Shown here piece after piece: positions 46,996-56,477 of a DNA stretch of 64,000 bases. Each line of letters starts with the position of its first letter. The stretch's first letter is position 1. A program made the position numbers and the translations under genes. Source of the DNA: Candidatus Cloacimonadales bacterium. GTDB taxonomy: Bacteria > Cloacimonadota > Cloacimonadia > Cloacimonadales > JAIOQZ01. The notes beneath the pieces were generated by a model, which saw only the letters and a list, made by a program, of their open reading frames with translations, did not search any database and had not been told where the DNA came from. The stretch spans positions 3,104,001 through 3,168,000 of the forward strand of contig CAXXTU010000002.1 in NCBI GenBank assembly GCA_963662655.2. The letters are read 5' to 3'.

Positions 46996-48153
46996 ATGAT
47001 AATACCCGATTACGAAGGCAATTCGATCGTCAACCTCGTTTCAACCGTTATCGCCGCCGAGGGGCAGGATCCGCAACATTCAGTACTGAGAGACTTCGAC
47101 GCGTCCCATTGGGGGGATTACCGGAATATTCTTCTTGTGGTTCTGGATGGGATGGGTGACGAATTCTTGCAGAAGCAGTTCCCCGATTCGTTTTTAAACC
47201 GTCATCGTGTACGGCGAATGACCTCCGTTTTTCCGACAACGACAGCGACGGCGATCACGAGTTTCCTGAGCGCTCAGACGCCTCTGGAGCATGCGATAAC
47301 CGGCTGGTATATGTATCTTCGGGAGGTCGGTGCGGCATCGGTTTTACTGCCGTTCAAGCCGCGTTATGCCAGGAAAACCGGTTTTGACTTCGAGGGGATC
47401 ACCGGGGAGCAGATTCTCGATTTCGACCGGGCGTTTGCGCATATTCACCGGAAGAAGTGCTATGTCACGCCATCGTATCTGATCGGATCTCCCTACAACG
47501 CCTACGCGAGTCCCGATAGCCAGAAGTTTGGCTATAACACGTTCGGCGGATTTTTTAAGCAGATACGCAAGGCCGTTCGTCAGGGAGACGAGAAGAAGTA
47601 TATCTATGCTTACTGGTCCAAAGTGGATGCACTGATGCATCGCTACGGCACGACGAGCGAGGAGGTGGCGAGCCACTTCAACGAGCTCGACCAGCGCATG
47701 GAGTATTTGGTGAAGTCAATTCAAGATGAGGACACGCTCGTGATAATCACCGCCGATCATGGATTGATCGACACGACGCCGACGCGCGCCCTTAGCGTGG
47801 ACGATTATCCCAAGCTGAAGGATTACCTGATTCTCCCGCTTTGCGGTGAGCCGAGAGTGGGGTACGCGTATGTGCGGAACGGAAAGACCAACGAGTTCCT
47901 TCAGTACATGAACGATAACCTGAGCAATGTATGCGATATCATCACGCAGGAAGAGGCGATCCGGAGCGGGGTTTTCGGCAGCGGTGTTCCGGGTATGAAA
48001 TTCCGTGACCGCATTGGTGACTATATCCTCCTGATGAAAGAGAATTATGTGCTCAAGGATCATGTGATCAACGAAACGCCTCCTGATTTCATCGGGTATC
48101 ACGGGGGCCTTTCGGAGAAGGAACTGTTTGTTCCGTTGATTGTTGTTGAATAG
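46996..48153 (+). CDS. Alkaline phosphatase superfamily nucleotide pyrophosphatase/phosphodiesterase
   Basis: 'VVLDGMG', 'SVFPTTT', 'D..MH.YG', 'ITADHG', 'HGGLS..E..VP'. Confidence 0.9.
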   Translation: MIIPDYEGNSIVNLVSTVIAAEGQDPQHSVLRDFDASHWGDYRNILLVVLDGMGDEFLQKQFPDSFLNRHRVRRMTSVFPTTTATAITSFLSAQTPLEHAITGWYMYLREVGAASVLLPFKPRYARKTGFDFEGITGEQILDFDRAFAHIHRKKCYVTPSYLIGSPYNAYASPDSQKFGYNTFGGFFKQIRKAVRQGDEKKYIYAYWSKVDALMHRYGTTSEEVASHFNELDQRMEYLVKSIQDEDTLVIITADHGLIDTTPTRALSVDDYPKLKDYLILPLCGEPRVGYAYVRNGKTNEFLQYMNDNLSNVCDIITQEEAIRSGVFGSGVPGMKFRDRIGDYILLMKENYVLKDHVINETPPDFIGYHGGLSEKELFVPLIVVE

Positions 48154-48245
48154 GATCGTGGGTCGGTGGTCATTTTGTGAAAACCATTGACACGATTGTA
48201 TATAGTAAGAAAATTCAAAAAATAAAATAATAAGGTGGGGTAAAA

Positions 48246-49370
48246 ATGGAAGTCAAAGGAGTCGTGGAGTATTTTGTGGAGCTGATCCAGATCGACAGCG
48301 AATCGAAGAACGAGAAGAACGTAGCCGTTCGCATCGCGGATGACCTGATCGCCATGGGGGCGGAGGTTCACTTCGATAGCGCTCATGAGAAGACCGGCGG
48401 TAACGTGGGTAATCTCTATGCTCGCTTCAAGGGGGACATCGACAAGGATCCAATCCTTTTCAGCGCTCACATGGATACTGTCAAGCCGGGCAACGGTATC
48501 AAGCCGGTCCTCGGCGCGGGAATGATCCGTTCGGATGGAACGACCATTCTCGGTTCGGACGATAAATCCGGCATCGCACAGATTGTGTGCGCGATCCATG
48601 AGCTACAGGCGTCCGGCGAAAAACTGCCTCCCATCGAAATATTGTTCACCATCTCGGAAGAGATAGGCCTCTTGGGCGCGAAATACGCGGATTACGACTG
48701 GTTCAAATCGAAACTCGGCTTCGCGCTCGATTCGCACGACGTTGGTGGCTTCATGATTGCCGCGCCGTCACAGAATTCGGTGCAGTACATCATCTACGGC
48801 AAGGAGTCTCACGCGGGCGCCGAGCCGGAGAATGGCGTTAACGCCATCAAGATTGCGGCGGATGCAATCTCGAAGATGAAGCTTGGGCGCATCGATGAAG
48901 AGACGACATGCAATATCGGAATCATCGAGGGCGGACTGGCAACGAACATCGTTCCTAACAAGGTTGTGATCAAGGGCGAGGCGAGAAGCCACGACCCGGC
49001 GAAGCTGGAAGCGACCACCAACGCGATGACGGAAGCTGTCGAAGAAGCCGTGAAAGCGGCCAAGACAGATTTCTTCACACCCAAAGCCGATGCCAGGATT
49101 CACAAGGAATATTCGTCGTTCACGACTCCCGCGGATGCGGAAGTCACCAAGCTCGCGATCAAGGCAACAGAGAGAATCGGCCTCACCCCGAGAACCTACC
49201 GTGGCGGCGGCGGAAGCGATGCGAACATCATTTGCAAGCACGGGATTTCCATGATCGTGGGCGGAACGGGTATGGACAACGTTCACACGGTGAACGAGTG
49301 CATCAAGATCAAGGATCTCGAAGACGGCTGCCACTGGGTGAAAGAAGTCATACGCCTCTACGGAGAATAA
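48246..49370 (+). CDS. M20 family peptidase (peptidase T-like)
   Basis: 'SAHMDTV', 'LGSDDKSG', 'SEEIGL', 'HAG..PE.G', 'GGGSDAN', 'VHT..E'. Confidence 0.9.
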   Translation: MEVKGVVEYFVELIQIDSESKNEKNVAVRIADDLIAMGAEVHFDSAHEKTGGNVGNLYARFKGDIDKDPILFSAHMDTVKPGNGIKPVLGAGMIRSDGTTILGSDDKSGIAQIVCAIHELQASGEKLPPIEILFTISEEIGLLGAKYADYDWFKSKLGFALDSHDVGGFMIAAPSQNSVQYIIYGKESHAGAEPENGVNAIKIAADAISKMKLGRIDEETTCNIGIIEGGLATNIVPNKVVIKGEARSHDPAKLEATTNAMTEAVEEAVKAAKTDFFTPKADARIHKEYSSFTTPADAEVTKLAIKATERIGLTPRTYRGGGGSDANIICKHGISMIVGGTGMDNVHTVNECIKIKDLEDGCHWVKEVIRLYGE

Positions 49371-49372
49371 TC

Positions 49373-50113
49373 GTGCAAAAACTCAAGATTGCCCTCGTCG
49401 GATACGGCCAGATGGGTAAGATTCTGGAGCGAATGGCTCCGGAGCATGGGTGCGAGGTTGTGGCGATCATCGACCCGTATCAGGAAGGATATCCATCCGA
49501 AATAACGCCGGAGACGCTCAAAGACGCCGAGGTCTGCATCGAATTCACCCAGCCAGATGCGGTGATCGGCAATATGAAGGCGATCGCTGCCTGCGGAAGA
49601 AACATGGTGGTGGGTACAACGGGCTGGAAACCGGAAGATGTGCGTATCGACGGTACAAAGATCGGCATGGTGTATGGCTCGAATTTCTCGGTGGGGATGA
49701 ATGCGATGTACTTGATCGTCGAGGCGGCGGCCAACGTAATGAATGCCCTGCCGGAGTACGATCCCTACGGCTACGAACTGCACCACAAGCTGAAAAAGGA
49801 CAGCCCGTCCGGCACGGCCAGGACGCTTGCGGGGATTCTGCTGGAGAATATCGATCGGAAAGACCGTGCGCTCTACGACTGCATCGAGCGGAAGATCGAA
49901 CCGGAAGAATTGCATTTTTCCAGCACGCGAGCTGGGAACATCCCCGGCGAGCATGTGATCGGATTCGACTCGGCTGCCGATTCGATACAGATTGTTCACA
50001 CGGCCCGAAATCGCGAGGGTTTAGCGCTCGGAGCGATCAAGGCAGCCAAATGGATTGCAGGAAAAAAGGGCGTTCACGATTTCCGAGCTATTTTCCGGGA
50101 GCTGGTAAAATGA
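49373..50113 (+). CDS. dapB: 4-hydroxy-tetrahydrodipicolinate reductase
   Basis: 'GYGQMG', 'VGTTGW', 'SNFSVG', 'ELHHKLKKDSPSGTA'; GTG start. Confidence 0.95.
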   Translation: MQKLKIALVGYGQMGKILERMAPEHGCEVVAIIDPYQEGYPSEITPETLKDAEVCIEFTQPDAVIGNMKAIAACGRNMVVGTTGWKPEDVRIDGTKIGMVYGSNFSVGMNAMYLIVEAAANVMNALPEYDPYGYELHHKLKKDSPSGTARTLAGILLENIDRKDRALYDCIERKIEPEELHFSSTRAGNIPGEHVIGFDSAADSIQIVHTARNREGLALGAIKAAKWIAGKKGVHDFRAIFRELVK

Positions 50114-50904
50114 GATTACCCTTCTTCAAGATGCACGCCCAGGGCAACGACTACATCTACTTCGATTTCCACGATCGCGAGATTCCAGACATTTCCTTCA
50201 GAGAGCTCTCGCAGAGGCTTTCCACGCGCAGATTCGGGATTGGCGCGGACGGCGTCGTTCTCATTCTGCCGCCTTCGAACGACGAGCATGACGCCCGGAT
50301 GCGCATATTCAACGCGGACGGAGGCGAGGCCGAGCTTTGCGGCTCAGCGTTGCGATGCATCACCGCGTATCTGGCGGGAAAGAAGGGGAGGGATTCCATC
50401 CTGATCGAGACACTGGCCGGCTTCAAGAAGGGCACCGTGCTTCAGCGGGAACCGTATTGGATCACGCAGGTTAAAATGGGCAAGCCGTCCCTCGTTGCCG
50501 AGCGTAAAGTGCAGGGGCTGGTCGGGCTGGAAATCGACATGGGGAATCCTCATTTTGTCATCTACGACGACAAGGGTCCCATTACGGACATCATGCGCAT
50601 TGGGCCTATGCTCGAAAAGGACGGACAATTTCCCGGAGGCGTCAATGTTCATTACGTTGTACCGGAGAATCCAACCACGATCCACATGGGGATTTGGGAG
50701 CGTGGCAGCGGTCCGACACTCGCGTGCGGGACAGGAGCTTGCGCTGCGGCATACGCGGGGATCCGACTGGGGATATTGACGGGCGCTGTCATCGATGTGC
50801 ACCAGCCGGGAGGGATCACCCGGGTTCATTTCGATGCCGAAACGCAGGATGTGCGATTGTCCGGAGAAGTGACCTTCGTGTTCGATGGTTTCGTGGAGAG
50901 CTAG
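50110..50904 (+). CDS. dapF: Diaminopimelate epimerase
   Basis: 'KMHAQGNDY', 'RRFGIGADG', 'AELCGS', 'MGNPH', 'WERGSGPTLACGTG'. Confidence 0.95.
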   Translation: MRLPFFKMHAQGNDYIYFDFHDREIPDISFRELSQRLSTRRFGIGADGVVLILPPSNDEHDARMRIFNADGGEAELCGSALRCITAYLAGKKGRDSILIETLAGFKKGTVLQREPYWITQVKMGKPSLVAERKVQGLVGLEIDMGNPHFVIYDDKGPITDIMRIGPMLEKDGQFPGGVNVHYVVPENPTTIHMGIWERGSGPTLACGTGACAAAYAGIRLGILTGAVIDVHQPGGITRVHFDAETQDVRLSGEVTFVFDGFVES

Positions 50905-51241
50905 TCTTCTTCAAGTATCTCGTTAATAAAAATGAATAGCAGCCATTTTTCAGAAGCTAATTACAAAACGATTATTTGTTTGTAGTACATCTTCATGTAA
51001 TGCTTTCCCGTGAAATGAGTTAGACTTGAGTTCCGTTTACGCTATTACCCTTGGGATCGACAATTAATGCAAGATACTTTGGTCTTAATGGTGAAACGAA
51101 CTATATTAATAACGAAAGGTTTATAAAATACCTGTAAATTCTCATTGCCTAATTTGATAGCAGATGAAAAAGGTGGTTTGCGGACAATGAGATATCAAAA
51201 ACACGTCGTAAAAAGCACTGTCTGCCTTAAAGGATTCTTCT

Positions 51242-52387
51242 ATGAAGATTAAAAAATTCGTTGCGCCTTCCATGCAGGCCGCAATCGAGCAGGTGAAGAA
51301 GGAATTCGGTGAGGATGCCATCATCCTCAACACCCGTCAATTGAAGGACAAGGAGAAGATTGACGGGAAAGCCGTGGTGGAAATTACGGCGGCTATCGAC
51401 AAGAAAGAAACGGGTGAAGCCGCGCCGACTCCTTTCCTGGAATCCATGAAGAAGCAAGCCGCGCGACCCATGACGAAGCAAAGCCTTTCCGGCACGCAAT
51501 TCGGGATTCTTCAGAAAGAAATCGATTTTATCAGCGAGCGCCTGGACACCCTGATTGCGCACATCAAATACGAAAACCTCCCGCACATCCCAAAATTGCT
51601 TCAGCAGCGCACGCGAACGTTGATAAAAAACGGCATGCTTCCCTCGCTGGCCAACGAGATGGTGGAGGAAATCCTCCTGAACCTCAAGGGAGAGGAGTTG
51701 ATGGAGGCGGACCGGATCGACGAGAAACTGCTGATAAAAATCAAGAATCGTCTGATGGTCACGGGGCCGGTTCGTTTTCGCGAGGGGACGCCCAGTGTTA
51801 TCGTTGTCGCCGGTCCAACTGGGTGCGGAAAAACAACGACGATCGCCAAGCTGGCTGCGCTCTACAGCTACCAGTACGGGAAGAAAGTCGCGCTTGTCTC
51901 CGTGGACAGCTACCGCATCGCGGCGATGGAGCAGCTCAAGGCCTTCGCGGGGATCGCCCGTATCAAGTTCGTCGAGGCCTACGACCACGACGATCTCCTG
52001 GAGAAGATGAAGAAGCTTGCCCAGTTCGACCTCATCATCGTCGATACGGCTGGAATCAACCCGCGCGACATGAAGAAGATGGTCAACCTGAAGGACACCA
52101 TTCGCATCGCCAAGGCGGATGAGGTTCACCTGGTTCTCAACCTGACCACGAGATTCGAGGATCTGCGCGAGATCGTGAAAAGCTTCAGCATCATCAATTT
52201 CACAGGTATGCTGTTCACGCGGATGGATGAGACGACGATTTTCGGGGATATATACAATCTGGCACTGGAATTCAACAAGCCCATCTCGTACCTGTGCTAC
52301 GGACAGGAAATTCCGGAGGACATCGCCCTGGCGGACCGAAAGGAACTGGCAATGAATATCTTGAGAGGAAAATATGGAGTTCTTTAA
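51242..52387 (+). CDS. flhF: Flagellar SRP-family GTPase FlhF
   Basis: 'MKIKKFVAPSMQAA...KEFGEDAIIL', 'GPTGCGKTTTIAKLA', 'DSYRIAAMEQL', 'DTAG', 'GQEIPEDI'. Confidence 0.93.
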   Translation: MKIKKFVAPSMQAAIEQVKKEFGEDAIILNTRQLKDKEKIDGKAVVEITAAIDKKETGEAAPTPFLESMKKQAARPMTKQSLSGTQFGILQKEIDFISERLDTLIAHIKYENLPHIPKLLQQRTRTLIKNGMLPSLANEMVEEILLNLKGEELMEADRIDEKLLIKIKNRLMVTGPVRFREGTPSVIVVAGPTGCGKTTTIAKLAALYSYQYGKKVALVSVDSYRIAAMEQLKAFAGIARIKFVEAYDHDDLLEKMKKLAQFDLIIVDTAGINPRDMKKMVNLKDTIRIAKADEVHLVLNLTTRFEDLREIVKSFSIINFTGMLFTRMDETTIFGDIYNLALEFNKPISYLCYGQEIPEDIALADRKELAMNILRGKYGVL

Positions 52388-53186
52388 CGAAGCGAAGAAG
52401 TTGCAGCAACTATCGAAACGTAAACCGGGACAACAAGATGCGCGTCTGATCTGCATCACCAGTGGCAAGGGCGGTGTTGGAAAAAGCAATTTTATCCTAA
52501 ACATGGCGATCGCAATGTCGATAAGAAACAAAAAGGTGTTGCTGATCGATGCGGACATGAACCTGTCCAACCTGGACATTCTGCTGGGCATCTACCCGCA
52601 ATATTCGGTAAGGAATCTGCTGGACGACGTTGTCGATATCGAAAAGATTCTGGTGGAAGGACCGAAGGGTATAAAAATTCTTCCGGCTTCATCCGGCGAT
52701 ATCAACGTGGCAAGGAACGCCAAGCTGATCCAGCAAACGCTGATTCAGGCTTTCAACGAGCTTCGGCCTAAGTTCGATTACATCCTGATCGATACGGGGG
52801 CCGGCGTCAGCGAATATACGATGGATTTCGTGTATAGCTCGGATAAGGTGATCGTGATCTCGACACCGGAACCGACATCGATCACGGACGCGTACGCCAT
52901 GATCAAGATGTTGTTCTACCATAGCCGGAATCCCGATATCTCGGTGGTCATCAACATGACCCAGAGCGAGAAGGAAGGGCAGGTGATCTACGACAAGATC
53001 AGCCAGATCCTGAGCCATTTTCTCAATAAACAGGTAAGGTTCCTGGGCAGCATTATGGTGGATAAAAACCTGCCGGATGCCGTGAAAGACCAGACGCCGG
53101 TGATCCTCAAACACCCGCGCGCCTCGTCCTCGGCAGCCATCCACAATATCGCTGTGCAGATACTGAAAGAGGACAAAAGGGAATGA
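52374..53186 (+). CDS. flhG: MinD-like ATPase FlhG/FleN
   Basis: 'TSGKGGVGKS', 'DTGAG', 'TPEPTSITDAYAMIK'; directly after flhF. Confidence 0.92.
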   Translation: MEFFNEAKKLQQLSKRKPGQQDARLICITSGKGGVGKSNFILNMAIAMSIRNKKVLLIDADMNLSNLDILLGIYPQYSVRNLLDDVVDIEKILVEGPKGIKILPASSGDINVARNAKLIQQTLIQAFNELRPKFDYILIDTGAGVSEYTMDFVYSSDKVIVISTPEPTSITDAYAMIKMLFYHSRNPDISVVINMTQSEKEGQVIYDKISQILSHFLNKQVRFLGSIMVDKNLPDAVKDQTPVILKHPRASSSAAIHNIAVQILKEDKRE

Positions 53187-53461
53187 TAGCAAAAATCAAG
53201 CTGAGAGCTTTCATACGAGGGATCTCTCTCATTATGCTTTTCATTACCTTTTTCAACAACTACCTCTTCTTCCACGCCCAACTACTCGAGGCTCTCCTGC
53301 GGGGCCTTATCACGTATGTCGTCACCTCTCTTGTTCTCCACGCAATCATTTTCGTCTGGCGTTTCGCCTTCAGCCCCTCCGAGTGGAAACTGATCATCGA
53401 AGGCGAGAAGTCCAATACCCGTCAGGAGATATTTGGAGCGGAAGAAAGCGCCTCCAAATAA
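53183..53461 (+). CDS. Small two-TM membrane protein coupled to flhG
   Basis: ATGA overlap with the flhG stop; two hydrophobic helices. Confidence 0.7.
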   Translation: MIAKIKLRAFIRGISLIMLFITFFNNYLFFHAQLLEALLRGLITYVVTSLVLHAIIFVWRFAFSPSEWKLIIEGEKSNTRQEIFGAEESASK

Positions 53462-53831
53462 TTGAATACCCCTCACTGTTATTATAAATTCATAATATTG
53501 GCATTCGTTTTTATCAATTCTAATAATTTGCTTTTCTGAAGAAAATACTTCCGATTCAATTAAGAAATGTTTTGACAACTTATTGATGAAATCTCTTCTT
53601 TGCCATACATAATATGGCAGTCTTTACGGTTAGTCTGTCGATGTATGTTCGGTTAGAGTATTTGATTTACTTGCGTTTATGGCGATATGCCTGACAACGC
53701 TTCAGTAAATCTGCCCCAAGCCGGTGATATCGGCTCATGCTCTTCTGTAGCGATGTGGAGCGGGTGTCTCGTATTGGGGTTTTCACGTCATTAGGTCTTT
53801 TACTCGGTTAGTTAGTATCATGGAGGAATTA

Positions 53832-56078
53832 ATGAAAAGAATTTCTTTCACAGCAGTTGCCCTGCTGATTTTCAGCACTCTCTTCTGTTCAATTCTCGAA
53901 GTCGGCGACACGTATTCCTTTCTCAACATCTCCGATGCGCTTCGCGTAGCACAATCGGGCGATATCATACGTGTTCACGATGGAATCTATCAGGAGGCAT
54001 TGACAATTGACAAGAGCGTCACGATACTCAGCGATTTTTATTATGACAGCGATCCTTCTCATATCGAGGATACCGTCATCAATAACACGACTGAGGATCA
54101 GGCGATTCTGTTCGATACCAATGATCTCGATGTGAACGTTTTCATCGCCGGTTTTTCGGTTACGGGAAAGAACAGTGCGATTAAGATCGGCCAAAACAGT
54201 GGAATCGACGCAAAGATTTATTACTGTAATCTTTATGCGCAAGCCACCAGCGGAGCTGAAGTAGTCAGCGCGAAATATTCAACGTCACTTGATATCAGAA
54301 ACACACGGATTATTGGCGCAGACGGCTTTGGAATCAATGCGAACGGCGCGGATGTGACCATCCAGAAATGCGAAATTACTGGAATTTCAAGCTCCGCCGT
54401 ATGGTTCAACGGTCAGGATGTTGCAAGCCTTGTTGTCAAGAAAACCGTACTTGCCAACAACGGTTCCGGTATCGATCTCCGCCTTTCGGAAGAGCCGGTT
54501 GTCCTGGATCATTGTACCATCGCCAACAACTCAACGGGTATTCGTCTCTTCTCGGGCGATCTCACGGTTAACAATTCCATTATTTACGGAAACAACACAC
54601 AGATTCATCATGTTGACGGTAACTATACGGTCACGTATTCCGATGTGCAGGATGGTTGTAGCGGTGAAGGCAACATTAATGCGAATCCGCTCTTCGACCC
54701 GGATGGAAACGGAACCTTCGATCTCCGCTGGAACGCAGACGGGAAGAGCCCTTGTATCGACGCAGGCGACTGGTCGACAACCGCTGATCAGGATGGAACG
54801 CCTCCTGATATGGGCGCATATCCGGCGGTTTCTCATCGCTACGACGTTTGGGGCTTCCCACGCAAGGATCAAAACAACGGCTGGCGCTGGTTCTGTGTTC
54901 CCGCCGTCGATAACGTTCTGACCAATCCTGCATTGAATAGCGCTGACGCGCTTTTCGGCGGCATGATCGAAGCAAACATTCTGGACCATGTTTCATGGTC
55001 GACCAGCGACACTGAAGGTAACATCAGCCTGCTGAACAACGAATGGACAAACCTCGATCACGTTGTTTCCCCTGTTCAGGGCTACAAGATCAAGATGAAC
55101 GAGAATGCCGCTCTGAATTACTATATTGAAGTTGCTGGATTCAATCCGGCCTTCGATACCGTTATTCCGCTAAGCGCAAACGAAGATAATTGGGTAGGTT
55201 ACTTCCTCCCGGAAACGCGTCTGGCGATTGACCTTTTCGATAGCATCAAGGACAATATTAAGTACATCAAGGCGCAGCGCTGGGCGCTAAGCCGCGTTAA
55301 TGGCGACTGGATTGGCGATAAGGACGTTTCGCTGGACTACGGCGACATGGTCATCATATCGGTCAATCAATCGTGCAATTTCCAATGGGATACGAGCGCT
55401 CAGATTACCGAGCCTGAAAACTACCCGTTCCCGGAATTCTTTACGTATGAAGAAAAAGCAGAATACATTCCCTTCTTCGTTGAATACACTCCGGAATTCC
55501 AGAACGAAGAGATCGCTGTAGTCATCGACGGCGAGGTAAAGGGAGCTTCCGTTGTTTTCGGAAGTATCACCCAGATCAATGGGTATTTAGATGACGATGA
55601 AGATGGATATGAGGGAGGTTCACACATGGGAGAAGTTGATTTCATTATCTGGTGTCCACCGGTTCGTGGAACAAAAGCCGTAAACGATTACTATGTTTAC
55701 GATGAATCATTGAGCCGTGTAGTACCTGGCAAGGTTAACATGGATTTAAATCGCGATTACTACTATGTTTCCTTCGATAAGGAATCCGTGATCGACGCAC
55801 CGCCTGCCATGGATCTATCGCATTATCCCAATCCCTTCAATCCTGAAACGACGATCCGCTACACGATCGATCATCAAGATCACGTGACCGTGGACGTATA
55901 CAACGTTAAAGGCCAGAAAGTGCGTTCACTCGTCAGTGGAACACAGTCTGAAGGCTATCATCAGGTTACCTGGCGCGGAAACGATGAAAACGGCAAGCCC
56001 GTATCGTCCGGTATCTATTTCTGCCGCCTGAAATCAGGCAACCAGACAATGATTCGCAAAATGATGCTGATGAAATAA
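53832..56078 (+). CDS. Secreted right-handed beta-helix protein with C-terminal FlgD-Ig domain
   Basis: Signal peptide; 'GDIIRVHDGIYQE'; parallel beta-helix repeats; 'SPCIDAG..DQDGTPPDMGAY'; 'YPNPFNPET...RKMMLMK'. Confidence 0.85.
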   Translation: MKRISFTAVALLIFSTLFCSILEVGDTYSFLNISDALRVAQSGDIIRVHDGIYQEALTIDKSVTILSDFYYDSDPSHIEDTVINNTTEDQAILFDTNDLDVNVFIAGFSVTGKNSAIKIGQNSGIDAKIYYCNLYAQATSGAEVVSAKYSTSLDIRNTRIIGADGFGINANGADVTIQKCEITGISSSAVWFNGQDVASLVVKKTVLANNGSGIDLRLSEEPVVLDHCTIANNSTGIRLFSGDLTVNNSIIYGNNTQIHHVDGNYTVTYSDVQDGCSGEGNINANPLFDPDGNGTFDLRWNADGKSPCIDAGDWSTTADQDGTPPDMGAYPAVSHRYDVWGFPRKDQNNGWRWFCVPAVDNVLTNPALNSADALFGGMIEANILDHVSWSTSDTEGNISLLNNEWTNLDHVVSPVQGYKIKMNENAALNYYIEVAGFNPAFDTVIPLSANEDNWVGYFLPETRLAIDLFDSIKDNIKYIKAQRWALSRVNGDWIGDKDVSLDYGDMVIISVNQSCNFQWDTSAQITEPENYPFPEFFTYEEKAEYIPFFVEYTPEFQNEEIAVVIDGEVKGASVVFGSITQINGYLDDDEDGYEGGSHMGEVDFIIWCPPVRGTKAVNDYYVYDESLSRVVPGKVNMDLNRDYYYVSFDKESVIDAPPAMDLSHYPNPFNPETTIRYTIDHQDHVTVDVYNVKGQKVRSLVSGTQSEGYHQVTWRGNDENGKPVSSGIYFCRLKSGNQTMIRKMMLMK

Positions 56079-56084
56079 CAACTT

Positions 56085-56273
56085 TCGGCTTTCGCGGAGC
56101 GAAAACGAAAGCTTCGAACGTAAGCCTTTCGCAGAGCGAAATGCGTAAGTGGATAATTTTCCGGCAGTCAGGAATGGCTGCCGGATTCTTCTTTCGGCTT
56201 TCGCGGAGCGAAAACGAAAGTTTGCCGTAAGCACGTAAGTGCTGGAGTCGGCTTTCGCGGAGCGAAAACGAAA
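56085..56273 (+). repeat. Three copies of a 26-bp Family A core module (TCGGCTTTCGCGGAGCGAAAACGAAA)
   Basis: Identical copies at 56085-56110, 56194-56219 and 56248-56273. The stretch ~56082-56157 matches the inner part of 46706-46893 in reverse complement. Confidence 0.9.
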
Positions 56274-56281
56274 ATATAATG

Positions 56282-56316
56282 AAACCCCTTTGCGAAATCC
56301 GCGAAGGGGTTTTTTG
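56282..56316 (+). terminator. Intrinsic terminator
   Basis: AAACCCCTT...AAGGGGTTT followed by a T run. Confidence 0.7.
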
Positions 56317-56477
56317 TTGAACTGTTTGAAATTTATTGACATAAGATTTCCGGATTGATAAATTATAATTGTAGGATATGTCTTGTGAGGGTAATGTGGA
56401 ACAATTTGCGATATGCCTGTATTGCCCTCTATTTTTTGGATACTGGAGAAGGCTTTGTACGAGAGTGAGGAGGGTTT

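Noticed and set aside
56085..56273. CRISPR array
   Set aside because: Only three repeats, spacers of 83 and 28 nt that are themselves palindromic, no cas genes, and the unit belongs to a dispersed repeat family.
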